From NCBI GenBank assembly GCA_033720555.1, contig JAWWCG010000001.1:3357-67356 (forward strand): a stretch of 64,000 nt of DNA, in the 5' to 3' direction. Origin of the DNA: Kiloniellales bacterium. Lineage in GTDB: Bacteria > Pseudomonadota > Alphaproteobacteria > Kiloniellales > JAKSDN01. The notes under the pieces are model-generated. The model was not told the DNA's origin, ran no database searches, and saw only the letters and a list, made by a program, of their open reading frames with translations. Each line of letters opens with the position of its first letter. The first letter of the stretch is position 1. This document shows positions 40,325 through 49,594 of the stretch, piece by piece. Position numbers and translations under genes: made by a program.

Positions 40325-40945
40325 TCATTTTCGGCCTCGCGTCGAAACTTCGTGTCGCACTCGCGCACCAATTCCGGCCTTCTCCCAGAGAAACCAGCCC
40401 ACGAGCACGGCGCCGAGAACTTTCATGGGGCCCCAGCGGCCTGCTCCGGCGGCCTCTGCCTTGATTCTCTCAAGCTCGGCCTCTTTTTCAGCCGCCGTGC
40501 GGATCTTGACGACGTACGCCAAAAACGCCAAAGAGCCGCCGACGACGACCAAGAGCGGAACAAGCGGCAAGATTCCTTGAGCCTGCGGGCCGGACACTTC
40601 CCCGAGAGCCCGCTTCGCGAGCTTTGCCGCCGCGTATGGGTCCTGGAGTGACGGGAGATTGGTGTCGCCTGCCTCCGTAAGTAGCCGATGAATTTTTGCC
40701 GCGAGCTGTGCCTCGGACGCCATGTCGCGCCGAGGCATCAGGCCGCCGGGTTTAAGCGTTCGTTTGCCTGTCCGAAATTCCTCGTTGATGGTCCAAAACT
40801 TTAACCATCGACGAAGACCTTTTTTCATGCTGGAAAGTTCAGCGCTCGGGTCGGCATCCGGGGTAGACCCCATGGACTCGACAAGGTGGCCGGCCGGCCC
40901 GATGTAGAGCCGAGCGCCCGGCATGGTCATGTAGGGGCCTGCCAC
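40325..40945 (-). CDS. membrane protein with two C-terminal-half TM helices
   Basis: 206 aa. ILPLVPLLVVVGGSLAFLAYVV and VLGAVLVGWFLW separated by a helical EKEAELERIKAE region. Confidence 0.55.
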   Translation of the reverse strand: MAGPYMTMPGARLYIGPAGHLVESMGSTPDADPSAELSSMKKGLRRWLKFWTINEEFRTGKRTLKPGGLMPRRDMASEAQLAAKIHRLLTEAGDTNLPSLQDPYAAAKLAKRALGEVSGPQAQGILPLVPLLVVVGGSLAFLAYVVKIRTAAEKEAELERIKAEAAGAGRWGPMKVLGAVLVGWFLWEKAGIGARVRHEVSTRGRK

Positions 40946-40954
40946 GATGTCTCC

Positions 40955-41614
40955 TTACATGTTGACAATACGGTAGCCGGGAAGCGCAACCGCCAGGGTG
41001 CCTTCCGTTGGAGGCGTCGCTGCGTTGTTGAAAAGGATGCGTTCGTACGTTGGAAAAAACTGCGCGGTCGCGTTCGGGACCAGAAGCGTCGGTACCGAAA
41101 GGGGGATGAGCTGGTCGGGGCGCGAAAGAAACGCCGGCGTCGGCAGGTTCTGAAAATTGCGTTGACTGCCCGCATCGACCATTTCCCAGCTGATAGCGAC
41201 CAGATCCGTATTGAAGTCCTGGCCTGCCGCAGAGGCTTGCAAAGGAAGCGGCCAGCCGGCAGCGACCGGGCGCCACAGGCCGAACGCCGTGGCCGTGTCG
41301 GGCGCGCTGGGCCGCCAGACGGCCATTGGATAGTGCGTCATGACGAACGGCCCGTCCTGGCTTACGAGGAAGTTGATGGGTTGACCCCGGCGCCCATCGT
41401 CAGAGATATCGAACGTGATAGTTCCGTTGAGGTTGTAAAAAATTCGCCGCCCGGGAATTTTATCGATTTCCTCCGTGATCGACGGGACGCGGTCCGCCAT
41501 CTTCGCGACGATATCCGTCTGCGCTTTAAGGGCGGTGATCTGCTGGGTAAGCGTGTTGACGCGCTGAGAGACTTTCGTAAGGCTCTCGCGTACGTATGAG
41601 GCAAAGTCAGCCAT
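40955..41614 (-). CDS. structural protein: N-terminal coiled coil + beta-rich (jelly-roll-like?) domain
   Basis: ATG 41614. LTKVSQRVNTLTQQITALKAQTDIV, then alternating beta-type sequence (FLVSQDGPFVMTHYPMAVW...AISWEMVDAGSQRNFQN...GYRIVNM). Confidence 0.55.
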   Translation of the reverse strand: MADFASYVRESLTKVSQRVNTLTQQITALKAQTDIVAKMADRVPSITEEIDKIPGRRIFYNLNGTITFDISDDGRRGQPINFLVSQDGPFVMTHYPMAVWRPSAPDTATAFGLWRPVAAGWPLPLQASAAGQDFNTDLVAISWEMVDAGSQRNFQNLPTPAFLSRPDQLIPLSVPTLLVPNATAQFFPTYERILFNNAATPPTEGTLAVALPGYRIVNM

Positions 41615-41785
41615 TCTGATTCCCTGTCTTCGGACCAAGGGTATGGGGCCTGCGCCCCCTCGGCGTCGCGGGTCCGATCCGCGTGGCCGGAAGCGAAGAA
41701 GGGAAGGATCAGAACGCTATGCGTTTTTCGATTGCAGTTCGGCGTGGAGGTGCGCGAACTAGCTCAAGCCTACAAGGGCGACCAC

Positions 41786-42715
41786 TTACAGCGCAATCCA
41801 GTTCGTCATGCCGTCGGTTACGAAAAGGTTTGCACCGCTCGCCGCGATGGCAAACGGCCCGGCGATGAGGTCGATGGTGTCACCGCCGGTCGGCGTTACC
41901 GTGAGGGCTGCGCCGGGAATGATTTCCTTGATCCAGGCACCTGTGCCTGCCGGCAATGACGCCGCCAAGGGAAGCGGCTGCGCAATGGCGCCACCGCTTG
42001 TGTCGAAAAGAAGAATGGCGTTTGGAATCACCGCCGCCGCGGGAAGAGGAGCTGCGGACGGTGGAGCGCCCGGCGGAGGATCTTGCAAAAGAATGTTGGG
42101 CTGTACCAGTGCCGCAATGTTTTCGGCGCCAACCCAGACGACAGGAGTACCCGAGCCGCCCCCCGCAGATGTGTTGTTTCTTGTGACTCGCAAGAATGGA
42201 TACGCCTCATCGGCCTGGCTTTGGCAATCCGGCGACTGAAAGGAAAGCGACGTCGGAACAAAATTGACGTCATCGAGCGAGCCCTCAATGGTCAGCGTGC
42301 CCGCATAGTCGCTGTCGCCCGTCGCCTGCACGACAAACGTTCGAATAGCTCCCGCAGTGGATAAATCGACGCTTGCGCCGGAGCCGTCGCCGGCGGTCAC
42401 GGGTAGCATCGTGAATGAATTCGCAAGGGTTGCATCAATCCCGCCAACGTCTATGGTTGCGCCCGAGGCGTCGCCGTTTGTAACCGTGACGCGCATTTCA
42501 TCGGCCACGGCGCCAATTTGCTTCGTTCCTGGCGACGTGAACGTAACGACCGGACAGAAGGAGCTTCCCCCAGCGGATACCTCAATGTTCACCGATGCGC
42601 CGGTGAGCGTGCCGCTGACGGCGATAACCTTTGAAAACCCAATGTTGGCCGTGCTGGCAGCGGCTCCGGAGCCGACGCCGGCCGGCGCAGGTAGATTTGC
42701 GGTAAGAATGGGCAT
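41786..42715 (-). CDS. Fibre paralog 3 (duplicated N-terminal module + short C-terminal domain)
   Basis: 309 aa. LPAPAGVGSGAA...SFCPVVTF...MRVTVTNG, then LPVTAGDGSGAS...FLRVTRNN. Confidence 0.7.
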   Translation of the reverse strand: MPILTANLPAPAGVGSGAAASTANIGFSKVIAVSGTLTGASVNIEVSAGGSSFCPVVTFTSPGTKQIGAVADEMRVTVTNGDASGATIDVGGIDATLANSFTMLPVTAGDGSGASVDLSTAGAIRTFVVQATGDSDYAGTLTIEGSLDDVNFVPTSLSFQSPDCQSQADEAYPFLRVTRNNTSAGGGSGTPVVWVGAENIAALVQPNILLQDPPPGAPPSAAPLPAAAVIPNAILLFDTSGGAIAQPLPLAASLPAGTGAWIKEIIPGAALTVTPTGGDTIDLIAGPFAIAASGANLFVTDGMTNWIAL

Positions 42716-42727
42716 GGTCGTCGTCTC

Positions 42728-43552
42728 CTAGTTGGCTTTGATGAGCGTGATGCGGCGATTGTAAATGTTGACCGTACCGGTTCCGGATGCGCGCCGGAAA
42801 ATGGCGCGAATCCCGTCGCCTGTCGTAAGGCCGGAGAAGAGATGCGTCGTCGTCGAATTGCGCCGGGAGGAGCCTTGCGTTTGCCTTGCAGTTCCTGCCA
42901 CCGCTGTGGTGGTGGAGTTTAGGCCAAGGGCGATTTCGCCAACCGTGTTGTTGGTGGTGTTGTCCGTATCGGTCTCAAAAATGGCAAGGTAGTCTCCGTC
43001 CTCCGAAGGATTGAGGGCGCTACCAAACGCTGCCGCAAACGTTGCCGATGTTGTCCCGGATGAGCTAGTCGAGTTCTGACTGGCAGCGGCGTTGGATGTT
43101 GCGCTCGCGGGTATTCCGTCAAGTTTACTTTTGTCCGCGGCCGACATGAAGCCGGAGACGCCGGCTGTCGCCGCCGTGTGAAGTGTTCCCCCGCCTCGGC
43201 TTCCGTGAGCATGTACGTGGTCGGATCGAGGAAAGCTGTTGGCAGAGCCCGCGCTATTTGTGGTGTCGGAGATCGCTATGGGTGCTCCCAGGGAGAGCGG
43301 ATCGCTTCCGGAGGGGGCGTGTCGGCTGCCGTGAGTGTCAAGGTCGACCTGCGGGTTGCTTAGGTCGAGGACGAACCCAACGGACTCCATAAATTGGTCA
43401 AGAGTGTCAACGGCTCCTGACACGGCGTCGTCGATTTGCAGGACAACGCCCTCGGTGAACGTGGAGACGCCTGACGCAGTGGGAGACACTTCTATCTGAA
43501 GGCGCTGGTTGGATACGCCAGCGCGACGGTATATGCGTTGAACAATCGCCAT
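42728..43552 (-). CDS. Tail-fibre-like protein
   Basis: HGSRHAPSGSDPL ... FPRSDHVHAHG ... AGVSGFMSAADKSKLDGI are motifs common in phage tail-fibre proteins. Ser/Thr-rich linker. Confidence 0.7.
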   Translation of the reverse strand: MAIVQRIYRRAGVSNQRLQIEVSPTASGVSTFTEGVVLQIDDAVSGAVDTLDQFMESVGFVLDLSNPQVDLDTHGSRHAPSGSDPLSLGAPIAISDTTNSAGSANSFPRSDHVHAHGSRGGGTLHTAATAGVSGFMSAADKSKLDGIPASATSNAAASQNSTSSSGTTSATFAAAFGSALNPSEDGDYLAIFETDTDNTTNNTVGEIALGLNSTTTAVAGTARQTQGSSRRNSTTTHLFSGLTTGDGIRAIFRRASGTGTVNIYNRRITLIKAN

Positions 43553-45411
43553 CAGATAAACTCCACGGTAACCTGAACGTCAATGGAGCCATTGCCGATG
43601 GTAAGCGCCTTGGTTGCAACCATGGAGATGCTGTCGCCGGCAGCAACATCGACAGCGTTGACGAGATCAGACGCTTGCCCAGGCGCGCCTGTCGCCAGGC
43701 TAGCCGTCAGGGCCGACGGAGCGCCATTTACGTGAAGCGTGTAAACGACGCTATTTCCATTGCCGACGCTGTCATTGGTTAAGACGCGCAAGTTGATGAT
43801 TGTTCCGGCGCGCGGAACTGACTGCGTAAAAATGGGGCTTGTTGACGCAGTGGTCGTGGAGCGGCCGGGCGTAAGGTAGCGCGTGTCTGCCGCGGCGCCG
43901 ACAGAGTTGTTGCCCCATGTGATGGAGGAGCCGGCGCCGATGAAAACCCGTGTAGCCGCACCACCGAGGCTTCCTCCGAGGGAGAGGTAGTTGGAATTAG
44001 TGACCGAGTCGAGAATGAATGACTGGGCTGGGCCCGTAAAGGTTCCCGCAAACGAGCAAAAGTTAAAACCTCGGGGCGGCGGAGCGCTCGGAGCGGCGGA
44101 TACTGTAAAGCCTCCTAGGACATTGCATGCCTGCCAGAACTCATACGTTTGCAATGTGATCAATCCTAGGAAAGATGCGCCTTCTGCGCTCGTCACAATC
44201 GCTCGCGGATAGTTGAAATCGCCGGCGAATTGCCCGTTGATAATGAGGATTTCGCACGCGGCAGTCGCTTCATCGCCGGTGCCATCGACATCACCGCGAA
44301 CCTGCACCAGCTGTAGACCGAGGATCTTGTCGCCTCCGACTCCATTGTTTACGATGTTGATGTCGCCCGTGATAATCCATCCAATGGACTCTTGGTTGGG
44401 GTCATCGACCACGGGAGCCGCGGATAGCGTGGAGCCAATCAGAAGCGCTGGATTGGCGCCTCCGAATTGCTGTGCAGGATCTACAGTCCAGGTAATGCTT
44501 CGCGGAGTCGCGGCTGTTCCAAGCTGGACAAAGCCCGGGGAGATGAGGCCAATGCGCCGGGATGGAGGGATCGTCAGGTCCTCTTCGTAAAGCCCGGGCG
44601 CACATAGGATGGCGGCTCGCTGAGCTTCATCGGCTGCATTGGTGGGCGGGGGGACAGCGTTGATGGCCCCCTGAAGCGTGGCAAACGGAGTGGACAGGTC
44701 TCCGTTGTCGATGGCGTCGGGATGTCCAGGTATTGCGTATGCGGATATGCCAGACGGAATTGTGCCGCCGGGGATCGTTGTGTTGATAAGAGGCAGAATA
44801 CCGTTCGTGGCAGGAGCTGGCGTTGCCGCACTGATGGCGTCGTTGACGGCTCCAAGGTGAACTGCCGGCGTCCCTCCTACTCCAGCTTTGACGTTGGCCC
44901 GAGTGACGCGCGCGAAACGCGCAGCGGCGGGACTGGACTTGCACCCTGAGGACGTAAACGTGAAAAACGTGTTTGAAAACACGATGCCATCCGGCGACAG
45001 CTCGACGCTTACCTGGCCGCTAAAGGTGCCGCTGACGATGACCGTCGAAAAAGTCCCAAGTGCGGATATATCAGTGACGGCGCCAGTGCCGTTGCCGGCT
45101 GGGACATCTAGCGTAACTGCCTGCGCGCCGATGTCGTCGGCTGCCACTTCGATGGAGGCGCTGCTGGATGTGCCCTGGAGTACTGTCCGCATTTCTTCCG
45201 AGGCGAAAGAAAGGATGCGGGGGCCGTCGCCGGGGACGAACGTCGCGATTTGGCAAAAGTCGCTTCCGCCGTTGGCTATCTCGACGGTGATCGTGCCAGT
45301 GAAAGACCCACCGACAGCAATGGTCTTGTCGCGCCCGAGGGCGCCAGTTGCGACGGCCAGGCCAGTTCCTGAGCCCGTCGGTACGGGTAAAGCGACGCCC
45401 AGCGTGGCCAA
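43552..45411 (-). CDS. Tailspike/fibre paralog 2 (full-length paralog of 1230..3107)
   Basis: TTG start with AGGAGG 5 nt upstream. N-terminal duplicated module, central TPFATLQGAINA...LYEEDLTIPP and C-terminal VYTLHVNG...DVQVTVEFI all parallel 1230..3107. Confidence 0.75.
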   Translation of the reverse strand: MATLGVALPVPTGSGTGLAVATGALGRDKTIAVGGSFTGTITVEIANGGSDFCQIATFVPGDGPRILSFASEEMRTVLQGTSSSASIEVAADDIGAQAVTLDVPAGNGTGAVTDISALGTFSTVIVSGTFSGQVSVELSPDGIVFSNTFFTFTSSGCKSSPAAARFARVTRANVKAGVGGTPAVHLGAVNDAISAATPAPATNGILPLINTTIPGGTIPSGISAYAIPGHPDAIDNGDLSTPFATLQGAINAVPPPTNAADEAQRAAILCAPGLYEEDLTIPPSRRIGLISPGFVQLGTAATPRSITWTVDPAQQFGGANPALLIGSTLSAAPVVDDPNQESIGWIITGDINIVNNGVGGDKILGLQLVQVRGDVDGTGDEATAACEILIINGQFAGDFNYPRAIVTSAEGASFLGLITLQTYEFWQACNVLGGFTVSAAPSAPPPRGFNFCSFAGTFTGPAQSFILDSVTNSNYLSLGGSLGGAATRVFIGAGSSITWGNNSVGAAADTRYLTPGRSTTTASTSPIFTQSVPRAGTIINLRVLTNDSVGNGNSVVYTLHVNGAPSALTASLATGAPGQASDLVNAVDVAAGDSISMVATKALTIGNGSIDVQVTVEFI

Positions 45412-45464
45412 CCAGTCCTCCTAACGCAAGTAAAACTTTTCAACAGCACGGCGGGCAAGTGTGG

Positions 45465-45500
45465 AACAAACGGCCCGAACGGAGCGCCGGGCCGTTTGTT
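45465..45500 (-). terminator. 13-bp perfect hairpin after the 194-aa structural gene (no U-tract)
   Basis: AACAAACGGCCCG / CGGGCCGTTTGTT with a 10-nt loop, 17 nt downstream of the stop at 45517. Confidence 0.4.
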
Positions 45501-45516
45501 GCCAACGGAAAGTTAG

Positions 45517-46101
45517 CTACTGCACATCACGTGTTTGTAGGCCGTCCAGCATCAGGAGGATGACCTTCTGATCATCAGTTGCGCCGCCGTTGATAAGAGT
45601 CAGCGCGTCGGTGGTCCCAACCGAGAACCATTCCATGTTAGCGTTAAAATTTTGCCGGACCGGGACCACAATCGGTCGCGCCAATTTCATGATGGCATCA
45701 GCTGAGGGCCAGCCGTGATTGTAGATCGGCGTTGCGGCAGCGGCACCGCCGTCTCCAAACACGCCGCCGCCGGCAGGCAGGTACCAGCTGGGGCACTGAA
45801 ACTGCGGCTTGTCGCCAAGGTTAAGCGTTACGTACAGCTGAGACACGGTCTGCTGATACAGCTCGCGGATGTTCGTGCCATCAAAATACAGCCAGAGGCG
45901 AAGCGACAGGATCACATAAGTTTGATCCGAGGCCAGTTGGCCCGCCACTTGAAGATTGGTGAGCGCCAAGTTCCCCACATTGGCGTTCCCGAAAAGTCGA
46001 GTCGATGGGGTGATGGGAGTCGCCGGCGTTCCAGTGGTCCGAATCAGGCTATCCCAAAACGGTTGATGGCGACGTTCTCGAATACCATGAAGACGAGGCA
46101 T
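45517..46101 (-). CDS. abundant-looking beta-rich structural protein (capsid candidate)
   Basis: 194 aa. Strong SD (GAGGAAGG) after a structured 195-nt leader, and a hairpin after the stop. Beta-strand-like sequence (TYVILSLRLWLYF, LYVTLNL, VILLMLDG). Confidence 0.55.
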   Translation of the reverse strand: MPRLHGIRERRHQPFWDSLIRTTGTPATPITPSTRLFGNANVGNLALTNLQVAGQLASDQTYVILSLRLWLYFDGTNIRELYQQTVSQLYVTLNLGDKPQFQCPSWYLPAGGGVFGDGGAAAATPIYNHGWPSADAIMKLARPIVVPVRQNFNANMEWFSVGTTDALTLINGGATDDQKVILLMLDGLQTRDVQ

Positions 46102-46296
46102 GAGCGGTTCCTTCCTCTGTTATTCTTTCCGCCCGGAACTTTGAACAACGCGAAACTTTCCGGTAAAGCAGGCGGAAAGAAAGAACGTGCAAAGCCGAAC
46201 GTGGTCGGGTGTCTCCCCGCCAAAGAAGTTGAAGGGCATTCGCCGGAATTGGCGAATGACCTAGGAGGAAGGGATGAGGAAACGGTAGTGGTTACG

Positions 46297-47778
46297 CTAG
46301 CAGCCGAAGCCGCCGCGGAAGATTCCAGTATAGAGGCTCGACATCTTGTCAAACCGTGAGGGCTGCGCCGACGGCACGGCCTTCACGAAGCTTTTGGCCG
46401 GAACGGCCGCAACCATGGAGCGACGCGGCACACGGCCGACGAGCGCGTTCCAAGGGGTGCCGATGCCGCTGCCGATCTGCGACGCAGGGCCTTGCTTAGG
46501 CATTGGCAGCGCGTTGGGGGCGGTCGCGGACGGCAGCGGGGCCACGTCGTCGGCGCCCAGCTCGGCCTCGAAGGCGCCCAGCTCGACGTACTCGCTGAGA
46601 TCGTCGTGGTACAGCTCGCCCAGCTCCTCTTCGGCGCCAAGCTGGACGTACTCGCCAAGCTCCGCCTCGTACTGGCCCATCTCCACGTACTCGGACAATC
46701 CCTGGTCGTAAATGTCGCCAGTCGACCAGAAGCCGCCAGTGGGTGCCGCCGAGTCACCATTTTTGACGGCGTCCTTGGCTGCATCGTCGACGCTCGCGCC
46801 CAGGTACTTCTTGTATTGCTCGGGCATGAGCGAGCGGAGCGACGTGTCGAGCAAATTGACGCCAAGGCCCATCAGGATGTGCTGGCGATTTTGCTGAACC
46901 ATCGGCGCCTTGATCCGCGCAGTGATGAACGCACCGGCGGCCAGGACGGCGCCAGCAAGCACGGGCTTGCTAAATTTGCCAAGCCGGGCAAGCTGCGCCT
47001 CGAATTGTTTGTCGAGCGCCGTGACGGCAGCCTTGGCCGCGTACATGGAGCCCGCGACGGGAATCGCCATCTTTACAGAGTCAATGAGCGCACCGCGCGG
47101 ATTGGACCGCATACGATACCGCTTCATGAAGTTGCGAGCGGCAGCGTTGCCGTAGCCCTTCTGGTAGATGATGCTACGACGCGCCTTCCACAGTCCGCGG
47201 ATGCCCCGGGCCGGCGACCCGCCTCGGGAGCCGGGCCCTTTCGAAGCGCGACGACGGATGGCCTTCCACTTCGTGCGATGGCGGCGCTGCGTTTTCGTGA
47301 GCTTCGGCTTGTCGCTTGGGTTGCGGCGATAACGCCGGCGGCGACGCGGAGCGGCTGCGACCGCACGACGACGGCGCCGGGTCGGGTTCTTGCGTGCCGC
47401 GGTGCGCCGGCGGCGACGCGGAGCGGCTGCGACCGCACGACGACGGCGCCGGGTCGGGTTCTTGCGTGCCGCGGTGCGCCGGCGAGCCGGCCGACGACGT
47501 TTGGCCGCGGCTGTCGTGCGGCGGCGGCGCTTCCGTGCGGGGTTCTTGCGCGTTTTTCGGCGCCGGAGCTTCGCGAGGCGCTTTGCATGCGCCTTTGCCG
47601 CCGCTCCATAGAGCTTCTTTGCCATCGTTCCCTTTCCTTTCGGATTTTTGCGCCGGGTAGCCCGGCGAGCCGGTTTCTGCCGCAACGTACGAGCGCGCCG
47701 AACGGGGCGCTTGATGGCGCGCTTGGGATTGTGCTTGGCGGTTCGCCGTGACGACGGATTCACAAAAAATAGGGGCAT
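46297..47778 (-). CDS. Arginine-rich (protamine-like) N-terminus + hydrophobic core + acidic repeat protein
   Basis: 493 aa. The first ~190 aa are mostly R/K/A with recurrent RKNP, then FSKPVLAGAVLAAGAFITARI, then LSEYVEMGQYEAELGEYVQLGAEEELGELY...LSEYVELGAFEAELG repeats. Confidence 0.65.
   Translation of the reverse strand: MPLFFVNPSSRRTAKHNPKRAIKRPVRRARTLRQKPARRATRRKNPKGKGTMAKKLYGAAAKAHAKRLAKLRRRKTRKNPARKRRRRTTAAAKRRRPARRRTAARKNPTRRRRRAVAAAPRRRRRTAARKNPTRRRRRAVAAAPRRRRRYRRNPSDKPKLTKTQRRHRTKWKAIRRRASKGPGSRGGSPARGIRGLWKARRSIIYQKGYGNAAARNFMKRYRMRSNPRGALIDSVKMAIPVAGSMYAAKAAVTALDKQFEAQLARLGKFSKPVLAGAVLAAGAFITARIKAPMVQQNRQHILMGLGVNLLDTSLRSLMPEQYKKYLGASVDDAAKDAVKNGDSAAPTGGFWSTGDIYDQGLSEYVEMGQYEAELGEYVQLGAEEELGELYHDDLSEYVELGAFEAELGADDVAPLPSATAPNALPMPKQGPASQIGSGIGTPWNALVGRVPRRSMVAAVPAKSFVKAVPSAQPSRFDKMSSLYTGIFRGGFGC
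47333..47476. repeat. Perfect 72-bp tandem duplication (2 full copies + partial third) inside the Arg-rich gene
   Basis: CGCCGGCGGCGACGCGGAGCGGCTGCGACCGCACGACGACGGCGCCGGGTCGGGTTCTTGCGTGCCGCGGTG at 47333-47404 and again at 47405-47476. Encodes TAARKNPTRRRRRAVAAAPRRRRR twice. Confidence 0.9.
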
Positions 47779-47921
47779 GACGCTCCTAGGAAACGCGGCC
47801 AGAGGTCGGAGTAGCCACGGGAAGTTTGTTTATGCTCGCAAGATTGCTCACGACAGACAAGAAGAACTCTTTGCAAGGGCCACTGCTGGAGTCTGGCGCC
47901 GGGAAAAAATCCATCGGTGCA

Positions 47922-48209
47922 TCATTTGACCGCCTCCAAGATGGCGTCGAGTTTCACGTCTTGTTCGGCCTGTTCCTCGGTGAGGCGCTCCTGGAGGGCG
48001 CGTTGCGCCGTCAATTCGGCACGGATCTCGGAGACCCGCTCGGCAAGGTCTCGGTGTCCGGCTTCATTGTGATGCTTCAGCTGCTCGTCGATGGAGGCTT
48101 GGGTGGGGCGGCCAGTGATGGCGCCGGAAAGTGCCCAGATCGCCCCTCCGACGGTCACTAGGACGCCGAACACGATCGAAAGCAGTTTGCCGATAGGGAG
48201 TTGCACCAC
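47922..48209 (-). CDS. N-terminally anchored coiled-coil protein
   Basis: GTG 48209 with AGGAGG 9 nt upstream, overlapping the upstream stop. LLSIVFGVLVTVGGAIWAL followed by a long helix. Confidence 0.45.
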   Translation of the reverse strand: MVQLPIGKLLSIVFGVLVTVGGAIWALSGAITGRPTQASIDEQLKHHNEAGHRDLAERVSEIRAELTAQRALQERLTEEQAEQDVKLDAILEAVK

Positions 48210-48222
48210 GGTCTCATGCCTC

Positions 48223-48753
48223 CTAGTCGACAATGCCTCGGGCCTCGATGCGCATCTTGCCGCCCCAGAGCATGCCCAGAAGCTTGCGCTTGCCATGGAT
48301 GACTAGAAGGCATCGGCCCGAGGGTACGCAGTAAAGCTCGGGGTACGGGCGCTTGGTGTGAGACTCGATCTTGTCGTCGCCCTCTAAATATGTGAACCCC
48401 AGGCATTTGCCGAGAAGAGTCAGCGTCTTGGCAGACCGGAACGTCCTCGGGACTGCCTTGATGCGCCCTTCCCCGCCCTCGATGGGCTTGTAGGCTCGTA
48501 CGCCATTGGAGAACTCGTGGATGTAGTTGTGCGTGCCATCGTTCCACTTGTCGCTGCGATAAAGGACATTGACGGCTGGGCCAAGCGGAACCACTGCCTC
48601 TGGGATCTGGAGGGAGCGATGAAACACGCCGATCTCGCGAGCGTCGCGGTCCTGGAAGACGCCATAGCGATGAATTGCGCGCCCCATGTCGCGGGGGTAG
48701 CCTTCGCTCGCCTTGCGCGTTGGTGCGCGACTGGTGGCTCGATTCTTTCGCAT
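48223..48753 (-). CDS. hypothetical structural-operon protein
   Basis: Internal ATG (48753) forms a TGATG overlap with the upstream stop, with GGAGGA upstream. 176 aa. Confidence 0.55.
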   Translation of the reverse strand: MRKNRATSRAPTRKASEGYPRDMGRAIHRYGVFQDRDAREIGVFHRSLQIPEAVVPLGPAVNVLYRSDKWNDGTHNYIHEFSNGVRAYKPIEGGEGRIKAVPRTFRSAKTLTLLGKCLGFTYLEGDDKIESHTKRPYPELYCVPSGRCLLVIHGKRKLLGMLWGGKMRIEARGIVD

Positions 48754-49274
48754 CAGGTCCTCCGCTTGGCCCACTCCTGATAGACGATATAGGCAAACGT
48801 CGCGTAGACGCCCCATTTGATGAGGTTGGTGGTCAACTCAAGCCCGCGGCCTGCTCCACGGGCGAGAGTCTCTGCCTTGTCTGCAAGTTCCGACGCGCTT
48901 TCCGAGACCGACTCCCAGGCAAGCGTTAGGCCACTCGGAGGCGGGTAATTAGCAGAGCTGCGCTCGATAGCAAATTTCGCACCCTTAGACCAGAAATCCT
49001 CATTGGCGGGATATTCAAAGGACCCCATGCGCCCCAGGAGCCCAGCGCCGGGAAGAGTCGCCGCCCATGCTCTGGCGGCGTCCTGAAGCGGTGCGCCCCA
49101 GTTGATGTTTGGGTCGTACGTCTTCTGGATAAAGCTCGAATAGAAGTCATAGACATCGCGATACGTCGACCGCGGTATCAAGGAGCTGCTGTTTACGCCA
49201 GGGCGATAGCCGCGTTTTAGGCGCAGCTCCCTCTTCTTGGCCATGAAGTATGTGACGGGATCAACGGAAGGCAT
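48753..49274 (-). CDS. C-tail-anchored protein
   Basis: ATG 49274 forms a TAATG overlap. The C-terminus LIKWGVYATFAYIVYQEW + AKRRT. Confidence 0.55.
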   Translation of the reverse strand: MPSVDPVTYFMAKKRELRLKRGYRPGVNSSSLIPRSTYRDVYDFYSSFIQKTYDPNINWGAPLQDAARAWAATLPGAGLLGRMGSFEYPANEDFWSKGAKFAIERSSANYPPPSGLTLAWESVSESASELADKAETLARGAGRGLELTTNLIKWGVYATFAYIVYQEWAKRRT

Positions 49275-49591
49275 TAGCGCTTCTTCCTTAGGTAGATATA
49301 TGCGGCAGCCGCGCCAACCAGGAGCCATGGCGCCGGAATGCCCGCAATGCTCGCGCCTAGCCCAGAAAGCGCCGTGCCACCGCGGCTTGCGATGAGGCCA
49401 GCCGCCCGCGGCCCCGAGCCGATGTACTTTGCGCCCGAGGGAAGTCGTCGAGCCGCACTGTCGGGGCTGAGGCCAAGGCGATGGCTGTGGCCATAATTTG
49501 GGTGAGGGGCAAACACGCCATCGCGAAGCGAGCCAGGGGCTACATAGTGGTCGTATTGCTTCTTCTGGTAATCCCAGACCGAATAGCGCAT
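49274..49591 (-). CDS. C-tail-anchored protein
   Basis: 105 aa. The C-terminus APWLLVGAAAAYIYL + RKKR. Confidence 0.55.
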   Translation of the reverse strand: MRYSVWDYQKKQYDHYVAPGSLRDGVFAPHPNYGHSHRLGLSPDSAARRLPSGAKYIGSGPRAAGLIASRGGTALSGLGASIAGIPAPWLLVGAAAAYIYLRKKR

Positions 49592-49594
49592 CGC

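Noticed and set aside
47333-47476. The tandem repeat considered as a CRISPR-like or minisatellite array.
   Set aside because: There are only two adjacent identical 72-bp units with no spacers. The repeat is in frame within a coding region, so it is a coding duplication and not a CRISPR array.
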